This document shows positions 11,954 to 24,610 of a stretch of DNA of 64,000 bases, piece after piece (positions within the stretch are counted from its first letter, which is position 1; every line of letters begins with the position of its first letter). This DNA is from Blasia pusilla (taxonomy: Eukaryota), in the NCBI GenBank assembly GCA_050084515.1, contig CM114271.1:45570001-45634000 (forward strand), in the 5' to 3' direction. The notes under the pieces were generated by a model. It searched no databases, had not been told where the DNA came from, and was given only the letters and a program-made list of their open reading frames with translations. A program made the translations under genes and the position numbers.

Positions 11954-12365
11954 GGATGCAAAATGAGGTTTTAGATTGTACTTTCATTTTTCAAGAACCT
12001 TCACTTTGAGCTTCAACTCTATTCAGCCCAGGGCAAATGGTAGATTGTTTCCAAACCTTGGATGGAAAAAGTGATTGATTCCACACTTATGATTCCACTG
12101 ATTTTTTAGTTTTGTATATTTTGTGCAATTTGCAACCGGTCGAACTCAGATGGGTTGCCAAAATATGGAAGAGAAAAAAAATTTTGTGGGACTGCTTAAG
12201 AACTGAACAAAAAAGTGCAAAAAAATTCACACAAAAAGTTTCCTCTCTTCAACCCAACAGAAACTCTCTTAAAAAAAAGTATCTATTTCGGTTGAAGGTA
12301 GTTTCCTCTCTCCTCTCTTCCTCTCTTCCTCTCTTCCTCTCCTCTTACCGCACCTCTGGATTTTG

Positions 12366-13315
12366 CTAGGTGTTATATTGATGACATTGTAGTCTTTAGC
12401 GCCACGTTTGAGGAGCATGAGCGACATCTAGAGGAGGTGTTTGGACGATTGCAATCACGTGGGCTGAAGCTACATCCAGGAAAGTGCAAGTTCTTCTACG
12501 ACCAGATTAAGTACTTGGGTCATACGATATACCCAGGGGGCCTTGATGTTCAGCAGACAAAGGTAGAGGCTATCTCACACATTCCACGCCCTACAGATGT
12601 GAGACGTGTTTGTGCATTCATGGGATTGGTGAACTTCTATCGGCGGTACGTCAAGGGATTCAGTTCGATTGCCAAGCCGCTGACCTTGCTGACCAAGGTG
12701 GATCACGAGTGGCACTGGGGGGATGAGCAGGAGCGAGCATTTCAGTTGCTCAAGGACAAGTTGAGCTCCACGCCCATCTTGAGGAGACTGATCAGGGGGT
12801 GTCCTTTCCAGTTGCACACAGATTGGAGCATGTTGGAGCTTGGAGCGGTGCTCACCCAGCATGATGATGAGGGTAGAGAGTTCGTGGTGGCTTACGCTAG
12901 CCGCTCGAACAACGCTTTAGAGGCGAAGTTCAACTCGTATGAGGGTGAGTGCTTGGCTACAGTGTGGGCTGTCACGCATTTCAGGTGTTACTTATTCGGC
13001 AAACCCTTTACCATCATTACTGATCATCAACCACTGAAGTGGTTGATGGAGTCCGACAAGCTTATAGGGAAGCTTGCGAGATGGGCTATGTTGCTGTAGG
13101 AGTGTGATTTTCAGGTGGTACATAGATCTGGGACACTCAACCAGGATGCGGATGGGTTGAGTCGTAACCCATGCCCGAGTCAACGAGATGCGACTAGAGC
13201 TCAATGGCATGGAGAGAGTGATGAGAAGTTAGTGGTAGGATGGCACGCGTCAGGCTATTTAGGCATGTTGGCCTATGGAGAGCCAGAGTATGGAGACTTC
13301 GATGGCGAGGTCTAG
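12366..13315 (+). pseudogene. RT C-terminal part and RNase H of the gypsy element
   Basis: YIDDIVVFS, GLKLHPGKCKF, FMGLVNFYRRYV, LHTDWS, VVAYASR, TDHQPLKWL, NQDADGLSR. Confidence 0.92.
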
Positions 13316-13414
13316 TGGAGAGTCCTTGGATCTCGAGGCCAATGAGGAGATGACAGGTGGCCAAGATATTCATGATGATGGAGTAGTCTTGGAGTACCTT
13401 CGTACTGGCAGCGT

Positions 13415-14694
13415 TGTCGTATAATAAAATCAACCAGTGTGTAAACTCCTTCGTCATTAAGTGTTAGATAGAGTTTCATTAGTATTAAGTAAATTGGCTT
13501 AGAAAAAGGAGATTCTTATGTTTAAACCTCTTTATGGTGCCTCTTTTATGCAGGCCCAACTTTAGGAAAAGGAGGTAATAAATAAAAGATGACTTTATAA
13601 AAGTAAAGTAGTTGCTTTAATGAAAAGCAAAAGTAGTCTTGGTTGGTGGCTAGGTTAGTTGGGGTAATTTGGAAAATATCATGTGGGTAAAAGAGGATAT
13701 TTTGGAAGAGATAAGAGGAAATCTACTTGTATCAAAATGTGATTGGCTAAGCCTTGGGAGGAAGTCATGTGGCACAAGATAAGATAAGCTCTATTTCGTA
13801 CTCTTGTGGATCCCTTGTGAGTATATAAAGAGGAGGGATCTTCAAGGGTTCATCACCTTCTATTCCACATCTTGAGTCTCTCGTGTCTCTCTTGAGTGTA
13901 TGGCTTTGGGATTGCTTGCTCTTCCAATGAGAGTGGATCACCCCTCTTGGGAGAGTAACTTGACTATGGTCTATTCTTTGAGAGATTTATAGAGTGTGGT
14001 GTGTGTGTGTGTGGGGATGAGAGGTTTGTCACCGTAGAGGAGTTTAGTCATACTAAAATAGCGGAAGTTTTGGCTTGTTACTTCCCCAATGAGAGTGGAT
14101 TACCCCTCTTGGGAGAATAACTCCGCCAAAACCCATTCTTGAGGAGAGTAGAGAATATGTGTCAAGCATGGATAGGGGTGGAGCACGAGCTGTGCCCGAC
14201 TTTCCTTTCCTCAATCCTTACCATGTCAAGGTACTCTTTGTAGATAGGCACTGGTTCACTCGCTATTTAGTTTATCACTTTGGGGAGGCATTCATGAACC
14301 AGGTCATGCAATCTCCAACTCCGGTGATTCTTCCTATCGTCACATATGGAAGGACATGGGATTGTACTTTGTATGTCCTTATATAGCCATCCATGGATGT
14401 CAATAGGTCTGGTCAAGTAGGGTTTAACACTAGTTGTGCTATCTTCCTCGTGTACAAACGTAAAATAGTTTATAGGGATTTTATAGTTAGGAATTTCGGG
14501 GTCCGATGTTACGAAGAAGTGATCGCCTCGGCAGATTCCATTTGTGATACATTGGCATCGTGAGAGAATGGAGAGTGTACATCATAATTTTGTATTGAAA
14601 AAGGAGAACTTATTAGAGAGTTCACCTTGCATCGACCGCATCTACCGCAGCGAGAAGGCCCGCCCTTGCTCGAAGAAAGATTCTCGACACGACA
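13415..14694. mobile_element. Solo LTR (1280 bp), copy A, 4-bp TSD GCGT
   Basis: Ends TGTCGT..ACGACA; GCGT at 13411-13414 and 14695-14698; removal restores the host frame TGSVASNVGARERDRIL; near-identical to 58921-60194. Confidence 0.88.
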
Positions 14695-14698
14695 GCGT

Positions 14699-16047
14699 TG
14701 CGAGCAACGTGGGTGCTAGAGAGCGGGATCGAATCCTATAGCGGGCCAGATGATTCCGTTGGGAGGGGACATATGTTTTGAGGGTTTGGGAGGATGGTAG
14801 AGTATGCGTAGTGCCACATTCTTTGCAGAGAGCACGACTAGTGCAGCATGCCCACGAGGAGTTGGGTCACTTTGGGATGAAGCTTAACGTCATGACTTGC
14901 TCCATTCAGATATTGGTGGCGAGGCATGCAGACTGACGTTCAGCAGTTTGTTGCCAGGTGCATGGTGTGTGATCGGGTCCAAGCATCGTTCAATGCTCCA
15001 ACTCCATAATTGCATCTATTACTGATCATGGGCTTAGGGTATAGATGGAGTTTGGATTTTGCAAGACCTTTGCCTTTGACGGAGCGTCACAATTGTTATG
15101 TATTGGTGATTGTCGAGCACTTCTCGAAGTGGATCGAGTTGGTTGCATTGCCTGACAAAGCGAGTGAGGGAGTAGCTTATGCCTTGACAGAGTGCTGAGT
15201 CATTATGACACACAGGCTGAGGTGTTGACAGACAAGGTACCGAGTTTCGCGGTGAGTTCCACGCCTTGTGTGATCAGGCACTGATCGACCACCGTACGAC
15301 TTCGCGAGATCATCCCGAGGCGGAAGGATTAGCGGAGAGAGTTGTGCAGATGGTGAAGAGGGGTTTACCCAAGTATGGCTTGCAGAGAGGTCACCTAGGA
15401 GATTGGGACCTCCAGTTGCCATGGTTGGCGATGGGATACAGATTCAGTAGGGAGGCATCCTGAGCGTCTTTTTCACCGTACTTGCTACTTTATGGCCGGA
15501 TTCCAGATTTACTTGCGGCCATTCGTCGAGATGTTGTAAGGTGCTAGACCTTGATGACCCAGATATATGGATGCGAGCATGTTCTCAGAGGGCTGAGTTG
15601 TTTCAGCGAGTGATGCCCATGGCGTTCGAGAACTTGGCGATTACGCAGCATCAGGGTACGTTGAGGTATGGGACTATTCGGGGTGGTGGTTATCAACCAA
15701 CTATCCGGAGGTTTCATCAAGGAGATTATGTCTACTTGCAGCAGACGGCACCGACAAAGTTGGATATAACTGCTTGTGTTCTCTTGCTGGAGGGACGCAA
15801 TGGTATGGTATGGAAGGACCATGTGCGTAATTGTGCGCCACGTCACCTTCCTAACATTGATGGTACAGTAGATCCAAGCTTAGCAGTAGTTCTTGCAGAC
15901 TTGGGTTGTATGTTGTGTGGTTCTTCACGTGATGCGGCCATAATGCTAATCTGTGATGAATGTTCGAGAGGTTGGCATATGGCGTGTCTGACGCCACCTC
16001 TCACTAGGGTTCTTCGAGGATGATGGATGTGTCCCAAATGTTCATAG
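14699..16047 (+). pseudogene. Integrase (HHCC finger and core) with C-terminal PHD finger
   Basis: HAHEELGHFG..CMVCDR; RWSLDFARPL..EHFSKWIE; HPEAEGLAERVVQ; PHD CMLC..ICDECSRGWHMACLTPPL..WMCPKC (15907-16044). Confidence 0.9.
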
Positions 16048-16235
16048 AGGAGATACTACGTAGGTTTCAATTTCGAATTTTTCTGTGACATGGATGATAG
16101 GAAGGCGACTAACAATGGGGCCACATGAGCACCCGACCTTTTTGCTCTTAGCGTCCTAGAGATGTATGTCGTGGTAGGTAGGGATAGATGGCTATCTGGA
16201 GTTAGAGGGACCTAACCACCAGCTAGAGGGGCGAT

Positions 16236-17004
16236 TGGAGATATTTTGGTACTTCTTGCCTCTGTGTATGGATGCCATGAGTTAGCATGGGATCGTGTGT
16301 GTTTGTGTGTGTGTTCGATGAAAGCGATGTATGTTGTGTAGCGATGTGTATACGCACGATAATTGTGACGACTGTTAGAATAGATCGATGGGATCTAGCA
16401 GAGCGTCTTCACGAGTAGTAGAGGACATGCCCAGGAGGTTGAGGATGACCACCTGAGGCCTCAGGAAACCTGAGAGAGCAATTTTTCCCTTCGTTTCGGC
16501 TCATTTGGAGCCATATAGAGAAACTTACTATTTTGGGTAAGTTTCCATGTTGGTGATAGTTGACTTTCCACTTTGGGAAGTGGCCCTTGACCCGCTACAC
16601 CAGGTCAAAAGCCAAGGAGGTGACCTACGAGCATAGGTTACCGTTGAGAGGGCTTGGGAGAGGGAAGGGAGTATACCTCCAAGAGAGAGAGCTTGAGAGC
16701 TCATTCTCTCTTTGTTGAACCTCTTGGCATGAGGCGGCGGAGCTATGGTCCCTTGCCTTGTGAGTGTAACCCAAGCCTCTCATTAGGAGAGTGGGTTTGG
16801 TTTGACAGGAGAGAGAGAGTGCACACCTTTGAGAGCTATGGTGTGAGATGGTGTAGAGAGAGATTGAATCTTACTTTAATTGGAGATATTTTGGTACTTC
16901 TCGCCTCTGTATATGGATGCCATGAGTGAGCATGGGATCGTGTGTGTTTGTGTGTGTGTTCGATGACAACGATGTATGTTGTGTAGCGATGTGTATGCGC
17001 ACGA
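16236..17004 (+). repeat. 3' LTR of the methyltransferase-bearing gypsy element, with its first 124 bp repeated at 16881-17004
   Basis: Begins TGGAGATA after AGAGGGGCGAT; the homologous LTR piece at 53587 also begins TGGAGATA. Confidence 0.7.
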
Positions 17005-19384
17005 AAACTTCCTCAAGCCAAGTGCGCGAGAGGAGGTGAAAAACTTAGACGTAAGGTCCACATTTGAGTGACAGAAAGTACCATTGTCAAAGTAGTAGTT
17101 CATATTTGCCCCATAAGTAGTTTCCAGCAATGATGTGTAATTAGTTAATTATAATGCATGTGAGGTGTTGTGAATTTGTTTGTTGTTTCCAACTTTCCTT
17201 GTGTTGGCCTTGAAATGATTCAGTGAAAACTCAGAGGAAGGAGTTGGAAAAGATTGGGGAGTACAGATAGATGCTCGTTCAAGCCATTCATTCCTGCACT
17301 TTGAAGTTCCTTGATATGGCCATGGTTGAGAATGGGATTGCAACCATCAAACAACCACTCAGGGACCTTCCTTTCTTCATTGTTGTTGATGAAGGAGACA
17401 ACACTCAATCAGGTGGTAAGGGATCTACCCAAAGCTCCAAAGGTAGTGGTTCTCTACCCGATCCTATATCTTCAGCTTCGTCAAAGCGCCCAATTATTCT
17501 TGTTGATGATACTTACGTTAGCCAGATTGTAGCCATGGAGATCGCCGTTGCATCACCATTATCAAGAGGACCATCAAGTGTTGTTGTGAATCTTAGAATC
17601 TTTTGTTGTGTCTGGCTGAGGTATATCCTGAAAAAGTAGCAGTGAACCATACCTCTGCTGAAATTATTCTGATCCTGGTATCCATCCTTATACTCGGAAA
17701 ATCTCATGTTCTAGCTTGTGCACTTAATGATGATTCCTATGATCTAATTAGTGTGTGCGTCAAGATCCTTTCCAACCCCGATGATGTCATGCAAACTGTA
17801 TGGCTCAAGTATTTTCGGGAGAGCTTTGTGAAAATGATCCCAGAGAGATAGCACCGCGAGACAAAGGAACAACACTGCACATGTGTCTAAAGCACAGTCG
17901 AATGCCCTTAGTGACTTCCATCACTTAAGAGGAGAAAGGTAACGAAACTGAATGGACTTTCCTGTCATTCTAGACAATAGAGAACTTAGTAATTGTTTTG
18001 TGTATCAACTTAGCTAAGAAATTTGTGAGGCATTCAGGGAATGACCCAAATTGATTTGGAAGGTAAGGTGAAGAATCACGTGAAGCAAGCTATTGGGGAG
18101 TTCACTAAAGATCGTGACAACACAAAAAAACTCAACAGAGTTCTACAACTCATAGGATTCAGCGACCCAATTTATTCTTAGGCATATGTGACGGTTCACC
18201 AGATCAACAAGTGAATTCATAATGGCTACCCAAGATCTTCAGTCTATCGAATGTAAGAACTCATTCACATGTTGAGCTCAAATTCTACCAGAATTAGCAT
18301 AGGCGGGAAATGTAAAAGATTCCCATAAGCTCAACCACCTACAAACTCCATCGATGCTACATTAACACACTGAGTCGGCGTGCGTGCCTCAATACAAAGA
18401 CCCCATCACTTCTAAGCCCTTGACTCAACTTTTAGGCCCTCAATTGCACGCCACGGACTCTACTATCAATTCGTTTGAAGTCCCTCTCAATGCTCCATTT
18501 GGAATGCCCCTTTCGAACGAACAAGAACCAACAATCACATTAGAATTGACTTCAACATTGCACGAACCAGCAATGAGATTCTAGCGTGGGAATTGAAGAG
18601 CTTGAAGAGTCTTTCTTGCAAGACATTAGATCCTAGCAAGGTCATCCTAACAATCATATACAAGTAGAAATGGTAACATACAATAGCAAGAGAGTATCCG
18701 ATTGACGACACCTTTTCACATCTCCAACTCCTCCAATAAATCTTGCTCACTCACTTCTAGACCTGGAAGCCTTCTAAATTCCTTACTACCAGGCTATCAG
18801 CCAAAGGTTAGCTTATTTGCAAACACATTCACCGTTTGTAGATGAAATTGAAGACCAAAGTTAGAGGGAACTTTTGAGTGGAAGATAGGCAACCTCCAAT
18901 GTTTAAGGGCCAAATGTCTTTCACTCTCAAGAGAAGTGACTGTTTGTGGATGAAATCGAAGATCAAAGTTAGAGGGAACTTTTGAGTGGAAGAGGTGCCA
19001 TTAAAGCCATAGGCACCGAGTGCATGATGAACCAAATCATCTCTTATTTTTGAAAGTGAGACTTTGGAAGTATATTTTTTCCTTTCCCACACGCCAAACT
19101 GCCGTAAATATGTTTTGAGAGCTTCACTTCTTATAGACTCAATAATTATTTTTTTACTTTTATCCTCCTACTTTTAGTAACCCCCCCTATATTTGGTTAA
19201 TAGTATAGATGCTACCCACGTAGAAATATTTCTTGGCATATGTTACCGCTATACCATATGTTGCCTTTGCGACCCTTAGTGTGGTGAGGGGAAAGGCATT
19301 TGAGGCATCTGTAGAATATTTGGCTCCATTAATTTAGTTATTCTCTTAAATAGGATACATTTTGAAATCGGAGGAGGATTGAAT

Positions 19385-19494
19385 GGACACGTGTCAACAT
19401 CAGAAGAGTTTTCTCTAACCCCATCCTCTTTTAATTATATAAATTAAAAAAGATGGGTTTAGAGAATCCCTCCTTCTGTTATTGATACATGTCC
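19385..19494. repeat. Imperfect ~110-bp inverted repeat (MITE-like hairpin)
   Basis: GGACACGTGTCAACATCAGAAG..TTCTCTAACCCCATC..TTTTAATT pairs with AATTAAAAAAGATGGGTTTAGAGAA..CTTCTGTTATTGATACATGTCC. Confidence 0.65.
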
Positions 19495-20974
19495 TCTATC
19501 ATGGTAGATGAGGCGTAGGGCGAGATAGTATGGAGGCCTTAGGAAGGTCTTGTACTTCCCTCTTTTAAAAGGTCATATGTGATCTTTTACCAGGTGACAT
19601 AGGAGTGTAAGTCACCCTTCCCTTTATGAGGAATGGCAACCTTGGAGAGGCTTACCCTCCCATCTATGTGTGTAATCACTTGGACCTATAAGGTTGAGGA
19701 TTAGATGGTAGTTTGTCTCATGAGGGAACCACATGTGTAGTTGTTAAGGAGTTAGTACTTGGTGTACTCTAGGTTATTAGTAACCTCATAAGGGGGAGGT
19801 TACATGTATGTATAGGTCACCCATAGAGATGCCTAGGGGGAGTATACCTCAGATGAAGCTCATTCAAAGCTCATCTTCCTTGGGAGTTAGGATCAGACCC
19901 ATGTTGGGATCTGTGATACTGAATATTTTGAGACAAACTTGGGATTAAAATGATTGAATTTTTTATTAATAATTGATAAACTTTGAAGACCCCTATCAAA
20001 TCTGCCCTTGAATTCATGATTTTTTTTTAACGTTTATCCTATACTAAGCAAAAGTAAAAAATGGGTAAGGTTTTAGTAATAATAATTAATTATACTTGAC
20101 TCAAATTCAAACATCTTCCCCGATGAAATCTTCTAGAGTCTCTTTCATTTGTTCAATCTTTCCTCATTTGAAAATTTAAAATTATTTTTTCTAGGTTCAT
20201 GCAAACAAACTTTAAAGTTTAGTTTTGAGGGGAAATCAAAATTTCTTTTGGGAAAAAAAGAAAAGGATAATATGATAATAGTAGGACAAGAATTATTCTT
20301 CAAGAAAAAGGAAGACATCTTATTTCTATATTATTTTTAACTTTCAAGTTCAATTGGGGAAAATACTAATTCCTCTTTGGGGGAAAAAATCACCAAAATA
20401 AGATTTTTTTTGTATTTATTGGAAGATGGAGATTGGAAAAGGGATAAATTATTTTTTTAAGATTAATAAAAGAAAATACATATTTGAATTGAATTTTAAA
20501 GGAAAATAATGTTTGAATTGTGATTAGTGAGCAATATTATATGGGGTATAATTTGAAAGGGATTTGAGTGGAATAGAAAACAAAATTTCCTTATCAATAA
20601 ATATTATATCTAAATAAGTACATCTAAATATTACTAATTTAGAATTGTTTTGAGAAAGTTAGATAAATAAATAATTTGTGCCTTGATTCATATGTTATGG
20701 AAAGGGAAATTGAATTTTAATAGAGAAGGAATAGATTTTGTTAGAATTTTATGGAAGGGTGAATTTACTTACTAGACTAAGATATCATTTAAATTTGAAT
20801 TGAGGAGTGTAATTACTTACAAGAGTGAAATGTAATAATTCTTCTAAGATTTTATAGAATAGAAATTATTTTTAATTAGAAAATAAGAATATGATTATTT
20901 TTTAAAATAAGAGTATCAATTAAAATGCGATATTTTGGGAAAGTACGTAATCTTGAATTTAAGTAGGGTGGTGT

Positions 20975-21980
20975 AGATGGTCCCCAAGTTACATCTATAA
21001 CTCTTGCAGAGTCTCAACCCAAATGAAGTTGGGACGACAATCTCAAAAATGTCTTTTTTGGACCCAAACCATTAAACCTTGAATGAAAAGAAGGCCTTTT
21101 AATTTTTCATCTTGTCCAACTTTCCTATCTTGAGCTGAATTTTGCAAACATAATCACCAAAGTGTATCTAGCACTCATGCAAAGTTTCATCTAATATGGA
21201 GTTGTTACCAAAACCTAAAAAATTGGTAAGTACTTTTTGGACCCGAACCATTATATTTTCAATCAGAAGAAGACTTTTTCAATTTTAATCTTGTCCAACT
21301 TTCCCATCTTGAGCTAAAATTTGGCCTACATGGTCTTGAAGGTGCATATTCCACTCTACCAAAGTTTCAATTAAAATGGAGTTGTGACCAAAACCTCAAA
21401 AATTAATAAGTCCTTTTTGGACCAGAACCATGTATCAAACCTTCTATCAAAATACAGTTTTTTTATTTTTCATCTTGTCCAACTTTCCCATCTTCAGTTG
21501 AAATTTGGCACACATGGTCCCCAAGGTGGATCACCCACTCTTGAAAAGTTTCACCCACGATGGAGTTGAGACCATAAGATCTAAAATTAATAAGTCTTTT
21601 TTGGACCCGAACATTCAAACCTTTAATCAAAATAAGATTTTTCCAATTTTCATCTTGTCCAACTTTTCCATCTTGAGCTGAAATTTGGCCCATATGGTCT
21701 CCAAGGTGCATGTTCCATTTTTGAAAAGTTTAACCAAAAATCCAGTTGTGAACAAAACCTCAAAAATTAATATATCCTTTTGGACTAGAACCTTATATTA
21801 AACCTTGGATGAAAAGAAGGTCTTTTCATTTTTCATCTTGTCCAACTTTCCATCTTGAGTTGAAATCTGGCAGATATGGTTCTTAAGGAGGATGAAGCAC
21901 TCTTGCAAAGTCTCAAGCAAAATAGAGTTGTGACCAAAACCTCAAAAATTGGTAAGTACTTTTTGGACCAGAACCATCTA
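20975..21980. repeat. ~181-bp tandem repeat, about 5.5 copies
   Basis: TTTTTGGACC..AACC recurs near 21059, 21239, 21419, 21602, 21781, 21964; CATCTTGTCCAACTTT recurs with the same period. Confidence 0.9.
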
Positions 21981-22618
21981 TACTATTAACGAAACATGGG
22001 GAGGTTACTAAAAGGGGAAAGAAAGAAAAGTGAAGACGCTATAAGAAGTGAAGCTTACGAGGAGTTGAATATTTTTTGTGGTTACCAATTTGATGTTAGC
22101 CTTTGGTATTTCTTTTTGCAATCTATTCTTTGCATCTCGGTCCTTCTTGGCATCTCGGCCTCTTTTCTATTGAAATCAGATCTTGGACTATAGTTGGACT
22201 AATCGTGCCGTGGTTGGCATGTGTTCGAGACATTCAAAAATACTAGACGAACATGTGTTGCACACACTGATCACCTGCTAGATGGAGACACATGTAGACG
22301 TTTGACAGACATTGTAAATTTTGAATATCGATAAGTATTTCTTACTTTCCCTCACTTTCCTACTTTGGAGTAGGAAGAGGCGGGAAAACTCGAGTCCTGC
22401 ATCCACGTTGAATCTCGCAGCTTTCTTGCTTCCTAATCTACTTCAAATTGGTAACCCTTCCTTATTTGCATCCATGTCAAATTTGCTTGCTAATGTTCTT
22501 TAATTGTGCAACTCCTCCTTATTTGCTGCCACGTCAAAGTTTTCTTGCAGATTAGTAGCCCGCAACTCCAACTATTATAGCATTTCAGCGCATTGAATTC
22601 ACGATAAGTAGGCCTTCA

Positions 22619-22620
<2 letters not shown>

Positions 22621-22650
<30 letters not shown>
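22621..22650. repeat. (TC)15 microsatellite
   Basis: Seen directly. Confidence 0.95.
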
Positions 22651-22654
<4 letters not shown>

Positions 22655-22804
22655 GTTCACAATATTTCCAAACTCTTGTAAGCAAATAGCTACATAAGAA
22701 TTAGTGATAGTGACATTGAGGCCATGCATCCCTTTTGCATAAAGTTTCAACTATTGTTTGAATATTTCATGCACTGAGCATTTGAAATGACGTCTTGAAC
22801 ACTA

Positions 22805-24200
22805 TCAAGAATATTGCAAGGGGCAAGAATATAGTTGAGCCGTAGTAAAAATCTCCTCACCTTCTATCCAAAAATTGTGATTGGCCAAAGTAGTCTCAAT
22901 CTCTCGTGCCTTCTCCCTTTGCCTCCCATCCTTGCCATTGAAATACTCCCTGAAAGCATTGGTGGCAACCATGGCATGGAACGCCTCCCTCAATTGTAAG
23001 ACGCATCCCAACATGATAAAGTTTGTGGGAAAGCGTGTGTTTGAATGAAGCAAAAATTGTCTCTTCACTAGATTGGTTTCCATGAATTTGGTCGTCACCC
23101 AAGTTCTAGTCTTCACCAATACTACCATCTCACGAGCTTGTGCAAAAATCTTGTCTATCCAAGGCCATTTACCCCACTCTTCGCAGACTAGATCAAGAGA
23201 ATGTGATACCCATCCATCCCAAAGAATATGAGGAAACTTTGCTTTGATAAGTTTCCCTATTGCTCCCTCATTGCTAGCATTGTCTATCACAAGTTGCAAC
23301 ACATTCTCTAGACTGATGGGCATGATAGTTCTCTCTATGTGACTTGCCAACCATTCAGCCATTTGGGATTCCCCCTTGGTGTCTACCAACTTAATCATAA
23401 CCTCACCTTGTGGACACGAGACCATGATGTTCACTAAAGACTCGCTCCTCACATTGGTCCAAGAATCCGTTATGATCATGGCCCCCAAACGCAAATTTTC
23501 TAATATGCCATCCACCTTTTCCTTCACCTTCCCCATATGTTTCTCAAGTAGGGTGGTGCACAACGAATTGTAACTAGGACTTGAGTAACCCTTCACCTTT
23601 TTTGTTGCCAACACTGCTTGTTTGAAAATATCTTGTTGTACTACGTTGAATGGTATTCCATATTTGTAGAAAAACTTTGCCCACATGCCATTTATAAATT
23701 ATATTCCTTGGATGTTGAAAGAAACTCTCAGATTGGCTTGCTTCTTCCCATAATACTCTCCCTGAAATGGGCCCAACAAGTCCTCTGCATTCCTCGAGAC
23801 TGTCACACGGTGGTATGTCTGCAACCCCATCAACATTTTGCACAACATAGACACTATTTTTTGTATGTTTTGAACCTATTTATAATGGAGTCATTTCTTC
23901 CACTTTACTCGTAGGTCTTGCTTCCCTTCTTTGTCCATTTCCAAGTTGTAACTTATTTCAGAGATCCCATTGCACGTTGGGGGGGACCTTCATACATAAT
24001 TTGGCATGATGGTTATCTTGATTCCCATCCTTTATCTTTCATCTCTCTCCTATAAAATACTCCACCATCCACCTGCTATGATAGGTTTTCATAGAAGAAG
24101 AACAATACTTGCATTGCCATGTGCTTGATGTTCCACCTTCCACCTGTACTTCTTCCAAATGTTCCTTCATAACATGTTGGAGTTCTCTAGCTTTGGTCAT
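22805..24200 (-). pseudogene. hAT-family transposase remnant (BED-like finger plus DUF659-type core)
   Basis: WAKFFYKYGIPFNVV..SPSYNSL..ITDSWTNVRSESLVNIMV..QLVIDNASN..FPHILW..HSLDL..TRFPTNF; upstream WQCKYC..HHAKLC. Confidence 0.85.
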
Positions 24201-24481
24201 GACTACAGGTAGACACTAACCCCACCTAACAATATTTGGATAATTTGCAACAATTTATTATGTCAATAGTAGGATATATCGACCGGTAAAATATATGCAA
24301 CTACAAATTACACCAAATTTTGTTCTTGAATGCTCCAATAACAAACTTGGCACACTTACTATGAACAAGAAAGATCAATATGCTTATGTAGATAACCGAG
24401 ATATATCTTAACTTGTCAGGGTTATCCAATGGCAAAACATATCTCACTTATCAAGTTCAACTATCTATAGAAGAAAAAAAC

Positions 24482-24610
<129 letters not shown>

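Larger units (their letters stand above)
2620..12356. mobile_element. Mutator-like DNA transposon copy 1 (9737 bp): transposase on +, methyltransferase-like gene on -
   Basis: 9-bp TSD TGGATTTTG at 2611-2619 and 12357-12365; removing the element restores the RT frame; G-starting termini with an imperfect inverted purine block GTAAGAG(A)GGAGAGGAAGAGAGGAAGAGAGG. Confidence 0.93.
1..17004 (+). mobile_element. Degenerate Ty3/gypsy LTR retrotransposon, order PR - C5 DNA methyltransferase - RT - RNase H - integrase - PHD. 5' end lies outside the window; interrupted by a MULE (2620-12356) and a solo LTR (13415-14694)
   Basis: Collinear + strand motifs: LLDSEAQ protease, PCQ/ENV methyltransferase, FQRVMDRIL..YIDDIVVFS RT, LHTDWS/TDHQPL RNase H, HHCC and core integrase, purine-rich tract and LTR at 16236. 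RT-RH-INT order is gypsy. Confidence 0.92.

Noticed and set aside
14159-14386. 75-aa ORF repeated at 59664-59891
   Set aside because: Lies inside near-identical solo LTRs; its conservation reflects recent copying, not coding evidence.
17005-19100. Fragmentary ORFs and a ~55-bp direct repeat near 18835 and 18943
   Set aside because: No recognisable domain; probably old transposon debris.
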